This document shows positions 38,877 through 48,168 of a stretch of DNA of 64,000 nt, in pieces (within the stretch, counting starts at the first letter, position 1; every line of letters begins with the position of its first letter). The stretch lies in sequence record OR805292.1. One strand, written 5' to 3'. Made by a program: the position numbers and the translations under genes. The notes under the pieces were generated by a model. It searched no databases and was not told where the DNA came from. It saw only the letters and a program-made list of their open reading frames with translations.

Positions 38877-39296
38877 GTGATAATAATGATAGAAACTATT
38901 TTAACTTCGAGAGTATTTGCTTATGTAGTTTGCATAGGTATAATATCGTTAGCAATAACGCTCTCATATCAAAAATATCAAAAGCTTATTAGTGTAAATA
39001 AATCTCTTGAACAATCTATAGAAACGTTAACTAATGATAATAATTCATTGCAGTTAACTATTTCTGAACAAAATAAAAAGATTGAAACATATATTCAACT
39101 TAGATTATATGAAGAATCTATAGCCAAACAAAAAGCAGAATCACATGCTGCTTTAGAAAAACAATTACAAGATACTAAATCTCAATTAAATGAATTAATA
39201 GAACGTAGAAAGAATGAGGCACCAAATGATCAAAGTGTGTTATGCTCTACTGTCAGGATTGATCCTGCTTTACGCAACTGGATGCTCGCAAACTAA
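38877..39296 (+). CDS. i-spanin (Rz-like)
   Basis: N-terminal TM helix plus coiled coil; overlaps a downstream lipoprotein gene. Confidence 0.75.
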   Translation: MIIMIETILTSRVFAYVVCIGIISLAITLSYQKYQKLISVNKSLEQSIETLTNDNNSLQLTISEQNKKIETYIQLRLYEESIAKQKAESHAALEKQLQDTKSQLNELIERRKNEAPNDQSVLCSTVRIDPALRNWMLAN

Positions 39297-39543
39297 ACCA
39301 GTTAAATCTGTAGTGATAGAAAAGGAAATAGTTCCTGTTCTTCCGCCAGATTCTCTTATAGTATATTGTTACGAAAATGAAAATCCCGATACGTATGGCG
39401 AAACGGTAGGTTCGGTTAAAAAACTAAAATCTATAATTAAAAATTCTTGTAATAAAAATATGAAAGATATAGAACTTTGGAAATCTGAAGTTAAAAAACT
39501 ATATCCTACTGCGAATGACTTAGAAATAAAAAAGCAGCCTTAA
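39214..39543 (+). CDS. o-spanin (Rz1-like lipoprotein)
   Basis: Signal peptide with lipobox ATGC; PVLPP motif. Confidence 0.75.
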   Translation: MRHQMIKVCYALLSGLILLYATGCSQTKPVKSVVIEKEIVPVLPPDSLIVYCYENENPDTYGETVGSVKKLKSIIKNSCNKNMKDIELWKSEVKKLYPTANDLEIKKQP

Positions 39544-39803
39544 GCTGCTTTTTTATTGTCCGAGTCACATGGGTTTATTTTATCTTTTATATTCTGTTTT
39601 ATATAACTTCCTGCAATACCTAGTATACTAAACAAACATACTAATCCTATAAATACGTGAGTTTCTATCAAAGAACTAAATCCAATGATTGCCGGAACAC
39701 CGTATTGTGCAATAGCCATTAATAAATTCACTACATGGAAAATATAAGAATATCTTTTATATATTTTAGTCCAATTATCTGTTAATTTAAGTTTCCTAAA
39801 CAT
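39540..39803 (-). CDS. Putative holin
   Basis: Two TM segments, KLTDNWTKIYKRYS N-terminus, charged C-terminus; overlaps endolysin. Confidence 0.7.
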   Translation of the reverse strand: MFRKLKLTDNWTKIYKRYSYIFHVVNLLMAIAQYGVPAIIGFSSLIETHVFIGLVCLFSILGIAGSYIKQNIKDKINPCDSDNKKAA

Positions 39804-40297
39804 ACATTCCTCTCTTCAGTTCTTCGTTTTACTAATCCTTTTAAAACAACTCCTCCTGCTTTAGTCCATTTTAGTAATTCGTTGCATGCTCCTACTTTAT
39901 CGCCTGCATTTAATTTTCTAAGCATTGTGGATTGATTTCCATTTTTTAATGTGACAAATCCGTCTTTAACCCCTTTTTTCCCTGGTCCTACGTTATATAA
40001 GAACGAAAGAAACGCAGCATGTTCGTATGGCGTTAATTCTACCTTTACTACATTTGTTAAGATTTTATTATGTTCTAAAAGATCTTTTGCTAATTGATCC
40101 AAACATTGGTTGTCTGTAAATTGTTGTCCTTTTTTTAGCTCAGGTCCGGTGTGACCGTAACAAGATGTTAAAATTCCTACTGGATCTACATATACCTCGT
40201 TTACTTTACCTTCAAACGGAGCCAATAATGCTCCTCCTAGTGCAATTGCACCGGATAATCCCATTGCAATTAATTTTTTTCTAATATTATTATCCAT
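39782..40297 (-). CDS. SAR endolysin, GH24 lysozyme (phage 21 R-like)
   Basis: Gly/Ala-rich N-terminal anchor; FEG-x7-DPVG-x2-T-x-CYGHT catalytic region; GLVKRRTEERNVC. Confidence 0.92.
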   Translation of the reverse strand: MDNNIRKKLIAMGLSGAIALGGALLAPFEGKVNEVYVDPVGILTSCYGHTGPELKKGQQFTDNQCLDQLAKDLLEHNKILTNVVKVELTPYEHAAFLSFLYNVGPGKKGVKDGFVTLKNGNQSTMLRKLNAGDKVGACNELLKWTKAGGVVLKGLVKRRTEERNVCLGNLN

Positions 40298-40418
40298 ACT
40301 AATCCTTTATAAAATAAAACATGTTAACATATATGTCAACTATATGTATAACGGCAGCTTTGCAATAGTAGCATTATGCTATATACTGTTTTTTATAACA
40401 TAAACCGTTGGAGTATAT

Positions 40419-40850
40419 ATGACACTTATTTCTCAAATAAAAGCAGATCAACTTTCTGCTCGTAAATGTAAAAATAAAATAGCTACATCTCTCCTTACTA
40501 CACTACTTTCAGAAGCATCTCAACCCGGCATAAATGACGGAAAGAGAGAATCTACAGATAACGAAGTAATAAGTGTGATTAATTCGTTTATCAAGAATAA
40601 CAAAATAGCACAAGAAAATGCTAGCAAAGATATTCTTTGCGTATTACAAGAAGAATTAGCTATCTTAGTTTCTTATCTACCCGAACAATATACAAAAGAT
40701 AAATTAACTGAGATTATATCTAAATATATAAATAATAATCCTGATTTTACTATTTCGTCTGTTATGCAGTATTTACGACAAAATCATTCAGGAAAATATG
40801 AAGGTAGAATGGCAAAAGAAATAATTGATACTTGTATGTACGGAGTTTAG
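40419..40850 (+). CDS. GatB/YqeY-domain protein
   Basis: LISQIKADQLSARK...E..IL.SYLPEQ pattern. Confidence 0.85.
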   Translation: MTLISQIKADQLSARKCKNKIATSLLTTLLSEASQPGINDGKRESTDNEVISVINSFIKNNKIAQENASKDILCVLQEELAILVSYLPEQYTKDKLTEIISKYINNNPDFTISSVMQYLRQNHSGKYEGRMAKEIIDTCMYGV

Positions 40851-41064
40851 TGTGAAAATTTTAGAAATGGCAGAATCTAGTTGGATAGAATTTGTAGAAA
40901 GAAAAGACAATGATGTTATATTGCAGACAAAGTCTGGATATACATATCTTATAAAACGAGTTCCAGATGACGTATGGCTCGAATGGAATATAGCTCCTTC
41001 CGCAGGGGCGTATTTTGTTGCAAATATAAGAAACAAATATCAAATTAATAAAGTTGTAGGATAA
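40851..41064 (+). CDS. KTSC-domain protein
   Basis: SSWI...YTYL..VP..W..W..APSAGAYF..NIRNKY; GTG start after the YqeY stop. Confidence 0.8.
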
Positions 41065-41534
41065 TGATAGAAATAATAGCAGCAATTGGACCCAAATTAG
41101 AAATAGGACTCAATGGACGATTGCCATGGAATTACATATCGGAGGATATGGCTCATTTTAAAAAACACACAATAGGGAAATGTGTTATAATGGGCAAGAC
41201 GACGTTCGAGAGTTTAAATAAAATACCTCTGTCTGGTCGTACTAACATTGTGATGTCTACTAATGAAATTTACACAGGCGTATGCAACGTAAGATCGGTT
41301 AAAGATGCGTTAGATACAGCAATGATAAAAGACAAAGGAATTGCAGTGATAGGCGGCGCCAGCATCTATAAACAATTTGAAGGTATAGCAACTAAACTTG
41401 TAATAACACATATACCGGATAAGTATATATCGTCTGCAGATACTTATTTTCCAATAGATCTAAATAATTGGAATGTTTTTAACGAATATAATATAACATC
41501 TGATATAATTGTTAAGGAATATGTTAAAAAATGA
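41064..41534 (+). CDS. frd: Dihydrofolate reductase
   Basis: IG.NG.LPW..EDMAHFK, IMGKTTFES, LSGRTNIV, IGGASIY, ADTYFP. Confidence 0.97.
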   Translation: MIEIIAAIGPKLEIGLNGRLPWNYISEDMAHFKKHTIGKCVIMGKTTFESLNKIPLSGRTNIVMSTNEIYTGVCNVRSVKDALDTAMIKDKGIAVIGGASIYKQFEGIATKLVITHIPDKYISSADTYFPIDLNNWNVFNEYNITSDIIVKEYVKK

Positions 41535-41776
41535 TATTTTTTCATATTTTAGGGGTTGTAGGTACAGTATGTGTATTATTCTGTTATTGGATGATAGCAG
41601 AAGGTAAATGGACAAATAAAACTAAAAAATATTATTTAATTAATGGAATCGGCGCGTTATTTTTGTTAGCTAGTTTAGTTGTTAATTTTAATTTAGGATC
41701 TGTAATTCTAGAGATATTCTTTTTGATTATTACTGTTCGTGGATATTTAAAGGCAATAAAAGAAAACGATGTATAA
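41531..41776 (+). CDS. Small three-TM membrane protein (CBU_0592-like)
   Basis: Hydrophobic; Y..N.IGA...L.SL...FNL.S..LEIF pattern. Confidence 0.6.
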   Translation: MIFFHILGVVGTVCVLFCYWMIAEGKWTNKTKKYYLINGIGALFLLASLVVNFNLGSVILEIFFLIITVRGYLKAIKENDV

Positions 41777-42038
41777 CGAAATAATAAACCGTATAAATTC
41801 TGAACAAGAATTTAAGAGATTATTAAAGGCGTCTGATACTAATTTTCCTGTAAAAATATCTAAACATTTTATATTTGATAAATCTTCTAATGTTTCTCTA
41901 AATATGAAAGATATAATTTATCCTGTTGTATGTATAACTGTGTTTTCATTTGTGCAAAATACAGATATAGGTGTATGCAATCACCATGTATATCCATTAG
42001 AGTGCATTAAAGCTAAATTGTTTACTGAGGAAAATTAA
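41769..42038 (+). CDS. Hypothetical protein
   Basis: Translationally coupled ORF in operon. Confidence 0.6.
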   Translation: MYNEIINRINSEQEFKRLLKASDTNFPVKISKHFIFDKSSNVSLNMKDIIYPVVCITVFSFVQNTDIGVCNHHVYPLECIKAKLFTEEN

Positions 42039-42593
42039 ATGGGATCTCATTTAATAAAAACTGGTGTAAAAAATATAAAAAATAATTCTCAACAGATAGA
42101 ATTTGACGATATAGTTAAGTTAGTATCTGATTCGTATAACAGATGTGTAAATGAAATAAACAAATCAAAAATAGAATTCGATCTGTTATTAGAAACAACG
42201 TACTCTGAAGAAATAGAATACGTCGAACGGATAATTAATTTTTATAGGAAAAAAAATACAAAATTATTGTTAAATGCAATGAAAATTACTAAAACAAAAC
42301 ATTTACTTTTTTCTATTAAGTCTACAACCGCTCGCCCTGCTCACGGCGAAGTGCTATGTATTGGTAGATATAAAGGCTGGCCATCTGCTTGGACTATACT
42401 TGAAAATTTAATAGGTGTACAAACACGTTGTGGTAATTCTAATCAACAACAATTTCAACTATTAAATATAAACTTAATAGACAAAAAATTTATTAATAAC
42501 GTAGTGGATGAAAATGGAAATATAGTTATTGATTCCGAAATTCGTAAGGAATTAGAAAAATACGCTGTAGTAACTAGGAAAAGTTGGTATTAA
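42039..42593 (+). CDS. Hypothetical protein
   Basis: SD gagga upstream; operon context. Confidence 0.65.
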   Translation: MGSHLIKTGVKNIKNNSQQIEFDDIVKLVSDSYNRCVNEINKSKIEFDLLLETTYSEEIEYVERIINFYRKKNTKLLLNAMKITKTKHLLFSIKSTTARPAHGEVLCIGRYKGWPSAWTILENLIGVQTRCGNSNQQQFQLLNINLIDKKFINNVVDENGNIVIDSEIRKELEKYAVVTRKSWY

Positions 42594-42608
42594 TAATAGG
42601 GGTAAAAC

Positions 42609-43172
42609 ATGAATATTTCCTTGCGCCGCGCCAGAAAATTAGAAATTAAATTAAAGAATTTTTTAAATGAATCTGCAAATTATAAAGCACAGATTAGGGT
42701 AAATTCTAATAGTGAACAAATCATAGAAACACTACATGTATCTAGGGTAAAATTTGAAACTGAATTAGAAAATAAAAGAAAACTAATATCTGCTAGATTT
42801 AAAATAAGAGAACTAATTGGTAAAAATAATCACAACGTAGGTATCGATAATCTTATTACCCAAAGAGAGCACATAAAAGAACAAATAGTTCTTCTGCAAA
42901 CTATGTTACTTAATGATACTGTAGAAGATTGTATTGCATGTGATATAATAGAAGCAGAACGAAAACTCAATGAATCTATGGGTAAGAAAACTACTGTAGT
43001 TCCTGTTTCTATTATAAATTCTAATTTAAAATCAAAATACTTATTAGAAAAAAATTCATTAAAAGCACGTTTAGACGAAATTGATGAAAAGATTTTATCG
43101 TTAAACAATTCTACTACTATAACAATTGATGACGATATAAAAGAATTATTGCTAGATAATAGACTTATTTAG
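42609..43172 (+). CDS. Hypothetical coiled-coil protein
   Basis: Heptad-rich ORF with SD upstream. Confidence 0.7.
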   Translation: MNISLRRARKLEIKLKNFLNESANYKAQIRVNSNSEQIIETLHVSRVKFETELENKRKLISARFKIRELIGKNNHNVGIDNLITQREHIKEQIVLLQTMLLNDTVEDCIACDIIEAERKLNESMGKKTTVVPVSIINSNLKSKYLLEKNSLKARLDEIDEKILSLNNSTTITIDDDIKELLLDNRLI

Positions 43173-43243
43173 TAATCATATATAACTATTGACGTTATAT
43201 TTTAATTGTGTTTTACTATGTAAAAATTTTAAGGAATAAAAAT

Positions 43244-43495
43244 ATGAAAGTAGAAATTTACGGTAAAGAAAATTGTCCGCATTGTAAAAATGCAGTTCAG
43301 TTATGTGAAATGAGGGGATTAGAATACTATTATTACGATGTTAGTGATCAAGAAACCGGCATGGAATTAATAACAGAATTAACTAATCGTATAGGAACTA
43401 GGCCGAAATCTGTTCCTCAAATTTTTATCGATAATCAACATGTGGGGGGATATACTCAGTTTCATTGTGCATTAGATGCAGCAAGGAATATGTAA
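43244..43495 (+). CDS. nrdC: Glutaredoxin
   Basis: CPHC, SVPQIFID, VGGY; start moved to ATG 43244 after SD aagga. Confidence 0.93.
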   Translation: MKVEIYGKENCPHCKNAVQLCEMRGLEYYYYDVSDQETGMELITELTNRIGTRPKSVPQIFIDNQHVGGYTQFHCALDAARNM

Positions 43496-43645
43496 ATAAA
43501 ACTATTGTATGTTTTTGTGTAAAGATGTAATACTTCGTTTTATCGGTTAAATTTTAAAAATTTTCTAATTCAGTAAACAAAAAGGTCGTGTTAGAAACAT
43601 TTTGTAAAAATTTCTTTAAAACTTATATAGATATTTGGTTATTAC

Positions 43646-44176
43646 ATGTCTAGCATATATAGTAAGTTAAAAGATATAATAATTATCGATGTGGAAGCTA
43701 GTGGATCGTATCCTATTGAGATTGGATTTATAACTAGTTCGGGCAAAATAGAATCTAATTTAATAAGAAGACACCATTCTTGGTTATCTTGGGACTATAG
43801 AGCAGAAAGAAAAGTCCATAAAATTTCTAAGAGTATGCTTAGTTCGCACGGAATAAGTGTCAGGAATGCCTGCACATGGCTAAATGAGTCATTATGCGGA
43901 AAGACTGTATATTCTGATTGCGCACAAAATGATAATAAGTGGTTACGTGCATTATTTTCTGCAGGAAACTGCGGGCAGAATTTTAGAGTATTAGATACTA
44001 ACAATCTAATGCCGCAGTATCCGAAACGGTTTTATAATGAAAAATTTTTAGAATTTAAGAGAAAGAATTATAAATTAACTCAACAACACAGAGTAGATTC
44101 AGATGTTTTAGTAATTAAAGATTCTTTATTGGAACTAGCAGAATTGGAAGAGTTTATTAATGAGCAGTTTAACTGA
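43646..44176 (+). CDS. DEDD/DnaQ-like 3'-5' exonuclease
   Basis: IIDVEASG...IEIG...D..WL...HRVDSD. Confidence 0.75.
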   Translation: MSSIYSKLKDIIIIDVEASGSYPIEIGFITSSGKIESNLIRRHHSWLSWDYRAERKVHKISKSMLSSHGISVRNACTWLNESLCGKTVYSDCAQNDNKWLRALFSAGNCGQNFRVLDTNNLMPQYPKRFYNEKFLEFKRKNYKLTQQHRVDSDVLVIKDSLLELAELEEFINEQFN

Positions 44177-44339
44177 TATAAAAGAATTGATAGAAAAGAA
44201 GAGCATTAATATAGCCATACTAGAATTTTCTGGCTGGTACTTAAAGACTAATATTGGTATTTTTACATTAATAGGAGACCAGTATTATAAAGATGGAACA
44301 CCTATTTCTAAAAAAGAAATTGAGGAACTTCTAAAATGA
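44160..44339 (+). CDS. Small hypothetical protein (59 aa)
   Basis: Not in ORF track; fills the gap and couples via ATGA to 44336. Confidence 0.6.
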   Translation: MSSLTDIKELIEKKSINIAILEFSGWYLKTNIGIFTLIGDQYYKDGTPISKKEIEELLK

Positions 44340-44623
44340 AACGAGTTGCATTATTGATACCATTGTGTGTTTTATATGGTTGCAGTTCTAATCCATACGA
44401 AAACAATATAGTCAATAATGCAACTCGTTATGTAACAGTAGAAACACCAGAAACAATAAGTAGAAACATTGCAAATCGATATGCATTAAATACCGATGAA
44501 TTTCCTGCAAAACCCCACGACACATATAAAATGTATGGCGAACAAATTAAATCTACCTTTAGGGGAAATGCAAGAAGATTAATAGAATCTACTATTATTT
44601 CTATATTTAGAAATAATAGATAA
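44336..44623 (+). CDS. Putative lipoprotein
   Basis: MKR-hydrophobic-LYGC lipobox. Confidence 0.65.
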   Translation: MKRVALLIPLCVLYGCSSNPYENNIVNNATRYVTVETPETISRNIANRYALNTDEFPAKPHDTYKMYGEQIKSTFRGNARRLIESTIISIFRNNR

Positions 44624-44625
44624 TA

Positions 44626-45054
44626 TTATTTCTTTCTTTTCTTAGATGCTACAGGTTTTATTTCGTCTGCTGTATGTTCTGTTTTAGATTCGTTATTAAA
44701 TGTAGTTTCATTAGAAACAATTGCTTTATTTGTCGGTTTCTCTTCTATTTTAGAAAAATCTTTACATGCATCCCATTCGAACTCTTTAAAATGTGCAGGA
44801 CCATCGTATACAACTACTCTTACTTCTTCGATTTTTAAAGTAGGATATACTACACCATCTATTTCTACTAAGCCGCAAATTTCAAACTCCTTTAAGAGCG
44901 AAGGATCGGTTTGATTAGTTAACACACATCTTCCGGTGCATTTACCTACCTCTACATTAAATTTTCTATTGCTTATTTGGGATAATATTGTTGCTTTTCC
45001 TGCAGGTTCATAAGGAACTTTGGCAAAAAATTTTACTTTATTAAGAAATATCAT
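44626..45054 (-). CDS. Hypothetical late protein
   Basis: GATAAATA on - strand at 45078-45085; SD ggag. Confidence 0.65.
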   Translation of the reverse strand: MIFLNKVKFFAKVPYEPAGKATILSQISNRKFNVEVGKCTGRCVLTNQTDPSLLKEFEICGLVEIDGVVYPTLKIEEVRVVVYDGPAHFKEFEWDACKDFSKIEEKPTNKAIVSNETTFNNESKTEHTADEIKPVASKKRKK

Positions 45055-45165
45055 AATCTTCTCCTAAGTTTATTTAATATTTATCTGCTAATACATTTGA
45101 CGAAATACATTGAATATTTTAAAATATTGCAAATAAACACGTATAATTCAGTTTGGGAGTGTAGC

Positions 45166-47349
45166 GTGAAATTAGAATCGGATAATTCTGTAACAATAGA
45201 ATCTACAAACATGGTAGGTGGAAAATCTTTCACTATTAAAAATAGTCCGAAAGCCTTTTCTATTCTATCTAACGGGTTATATAAAGATAAAATTCGTGCA
45301 ATTGTAAGAGAAATTGGGTGTAATGCACGAGATAGTCATGTTGCAGCAAATAAATGTGATGTTCCTTTTGAATATCATGTTCCTACTGATTTAGAGCCGT
45401 TTTTTAGCATAAAAGACTTCGGTGTAGGTTTAGATTACAACGAAGTAATGAATATTTATACTACTTATTTTGATTCTACAAAAACACAATCAAATGATTT
45501 TATTGGTGCTTTTGGGCTCGGATCAAAGTCACCGTTTTCCTATGTAGATAATTTTTCTATAATTTCTACAAAAGATGGAATAACAAGAACTTTCGCTGCA
45601 TTTATAAGTGAATCTGGTGTTCCGGATATGCTTATGCTAAGCGAAATGAAAACAAATGAGCCCAACGGGGTTGAAGTAAAGATTCCTGTATCAAATCGGG
45701 CTGATTACAAAATTTTTGATAAAAACTGTGTAGATGTATATTCGTGGATGAATGTGTTGCCAGTAGAAGTAAATGGCCACCATGTATTAAAAACCCCAGA
45801 AGTTTTTCTATCTGTAACAAACAGAGCTACAATATATAAAGGCACAAACGAATCACATAAACTATATGCAAGACAGGGCGGAGTATTATATCCAATTGAT
45901 ATAGAATCTATATCCGAAGAATATCTTGATGATAGCTATGTCCGTAAATTAGATAATAGAAACTTTTATTCATATTTTGTTGTAATAGATTTTAGTATAG
46001 GGGAACTAGATGTATCTGCATCTAGAGAAGAATTATCTTATATTCCGTTAACTCAGAAAAATTTATCTACTGCATTAATTGATTTTGTATGTTCCTTTAC
46101 TAAAGCTATTACAGATGATATAAATTCGAATATAGACGCAGTAACGAAAACAAAAGTGTTATATGAATATAAACAGAAATCATTTAATATATTTGTTCCT
46201 GATATAAAAACATTAACCAATATCATATATGCCAATATTTCGGATTCTGTAGAAATAGGTCAAGTATATATACCGATATCTGAAGTAAAAGCATTGTTTA
46301 CCAATGTTAACTATTATACACTAGATTATGGTATTTTTAGGAAGGCAAGATTTTTAGTTACATACTATAAACATCTAAGTACAGGTGAAATAAAAAGATA
46401 TAGAAATTATACTTCCAGTGCCTCGTACGAAGGTATAACATATATTTCTGATAATATAGCAATTGACGATAGTAATACTGTAAAATATTTTATAATAGAT
46501 GATAATACATCGTCAAAAGCAATAAGAGACTATATATCGAATATTTACAGAGCACGGTGTAAAGTTATAATTTGTAAAAATAAAAATGGAAAAATAAAAA
46601 GAAACGATATATATAATTTCGCAAGAAAATATTATATTTCTAAATCGCAAATTATATTTTCGTCTGATCTAAATATTCCTGTTGTTCCTAAGCAAAATAA
46701 CAGAATCAAAAAAGAAGATGAAGAATGTATTTTGTTATGCAGAAGTTTTAATATATGGAAAGAATCGATAGTAAAGCTGTCTGATATAAAGGATGATTGT
46801 TATTATGTAGAATTTTCTGGATGGAATATGACTACTGATTTGTCTGATTCGGATATTACTGCACTTACATTATATCATTCTAAACCAATATACGGGGTAA
46901 GAAAGATAAACTTAGATCAAATCAAGAAAAATAAACATTTTATTCCTATTACTGATCATGTAATAGATGAAATGTATAATAATGTTAAGGATGTTATAAA
47001 ACAGTGTAGACCGGATTCTACTTATTCCGATGTAGACAAATTGCTTCATTATATAAATTCTGCAAACTTAAAGGACTCATTAACAAATACTGAAATAAAA
47101 GAATATGAAAAATACAAAAATACTTATAAACCGATTAGTGAGTCGTCGATTAAAAATATCATACGACATTTAGATACAGAAAAACTAGCTAATCAATTAA
47201 AAATAATACATAAACGCGCCAGCCGGTATGAAAATATTCTATCTAAGTATCCGCTTATTGAACACGTTAATTTAAGTAAAGTAGGTATACTACACGTAGT
47301 GAATTATATGAATATGATAGATAACAACGGAGAATCTAAAAATGACTAA
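45166..47349 (+). CDS. rIIA: rIIA-like protein (N-terminal GHKL ATPase fold)
   Basis: AIVREIGCNARDS, IKDFGVGL, GAFGLGSKSPF, LDVSASREELSY; GTG start after SD gggag. Confidence 0.92.
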   Translation: MKLESDNSVTIESTNMVGGKSFTIKNSPKAFSILSNGLYKDKIRAIVREIGCNARDSHVAANKCDVPFEYHVPTDLEPFFSIKDFGVGLDYNEVMNIYTTYFDSTKTQSNDFIGAFGLGSKSPFSYVDNFSIISTKDGITRTFAAFISESGVPDMLMLSEMKTNEPNGVEVKIPVSNRADYKIFDKNCVDVYSWMNVLPVEVNGHHVLKTPEVFLSVTNRATIYKGTNESHKLYARQGGVLYPIDIESISEEYLDDSYVRKLDNRNFYSYFVVIDFSIGELDVSASREELSYIPLTQKNLSTALIDFVCSFTKAITDDINSNIDAVTKTKVLYEYKQKSFNIFVPDIKTLTNIIYANISDSVEIGQVYIPISEVKALFTNVNYYTLDYGIFRKARFLVTYYKHLSTGEIKRYRNYTSSASYEGITYISDNIAIDDSNTVKYFIIDDNTSSKAIRDYISNIYRARCKVIICKNKNGKIKRNDIYNFARKYYISKSQIIFSSDLNIPVVPKQNNRIKKEDEECILLCRSFNIWKESIVKLSDIKDDCYYVEFSGWNMTTDLSDSDITALTLYHSKPIYGVRKINLDQIKKNKHFIPITDHVIDEMYNNVKDVIKQCRPDSTYSDVDKLLHYINSANLKDSLTNTEIKEYEKYKNTYKPISESSIKNIIRHLDTEKLANQLKIIHKRASRYENILSKYPLIEHVNLSKVGILHVVNYMNMIDNNGESKND

Positions 47350-48085
47350 TGCAATTCCATATATTATTAGAAAAGATAGTGTAACGGTGGTATTAACTGA
47401 TACTCCGTATATCATAAGGGAATCTGATAAAAAATATAAAAAAGCAATTAAATATATAAAAGCCGAACAGTGGGATGAATTAAAGAAGTTAATTGATGTT
47501 AAAAATCATATTTCTGAATTCCTGAATGGTAAAATTAAAGTAGTCCGGGGTCGGTTTGAGTATAATGGTCAGGTAATTCATAATTCCTTAACTAAACGGA
47601 TTATGCAAATGCATTCTGACGGTTTTCCAGTAGACCCGATGATTAATTTCCTTGTAAATTTAATGGAAAATCCTAGTTTTACTGCGGTTAATGGTTTGTA
47701 TGATTTCTTAGAAACAAATAATCTTCCTATTACTACTGACGGATTCTTTTTAGCATACAAACGAATTCGTGAAGATTATACTGATGTAAGAACTGGCACA
47801 ATAGATAACAGCGTAGGTAAAGTTGTTTCTATGCCAAGAAATGAAGTACAAGATAACAGCAATATTACTTGCGCTCCTGGATTGCATGTATGTTCGCGCG
47901 AATATCTACAACATTTTAGTGGTGAAAAGGTAATATTAGTAAAAGTAAATCCTAAAGATGTAGTGTCTGTTCCTAAGGATTATAATTTTTCTAAAATGCG
48001 TACTTGTAAATACGAAGTAATATCCGAGCTGTCGTTAGAAGATGCGTTTGAAGATATTGCATCTAACAAGCCAGTTCACAGTTAA
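47342..48085 (+). CDS. rIIB: rIIB-like protein
   Basis: LPITTDG.FLAYK, MPRNEV.D....C..GLHV, KVNPKDVVSVP, KMRTCKYEV. Confidence 0.92.
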   Translation: MTNAIPYIIRKDSVTVVLTDTPYIIRESDKKYKKAIKYIKAEQWDELKKLIDVKNHISEFLNGKIKVVRGRFEYNGQVIHNSLTKRIMQMHSDGFPVDPMINFLVNLMENPSFTAVNGLYDFLETNNLPITTDGFFLAYKRIREDYTDVRTGTIDNSVGKVVSMPRNEVQDNSNITCAPGLHVCSREYLQHFSGEKVILVKVNPKDVVSVPKDYNFSKMRTCKYEVISELSLEDAFEDIASNKPVHS

Positions 48086-48099
48086 TAAAACTGTACATA

Positions 48100-48126
48100 A
48101 AAAGGGATGCATTGCATCCCTTTTTA
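48100..48126 (+). terminator. Terminator
   Basis: aaaagggatgca/tgcatccctttt. Confidence 0.8.
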
Positions 48127-48168
48127 TTTTATTATAAAATATGTTACTATCCTTTAATGGTATAAAAT

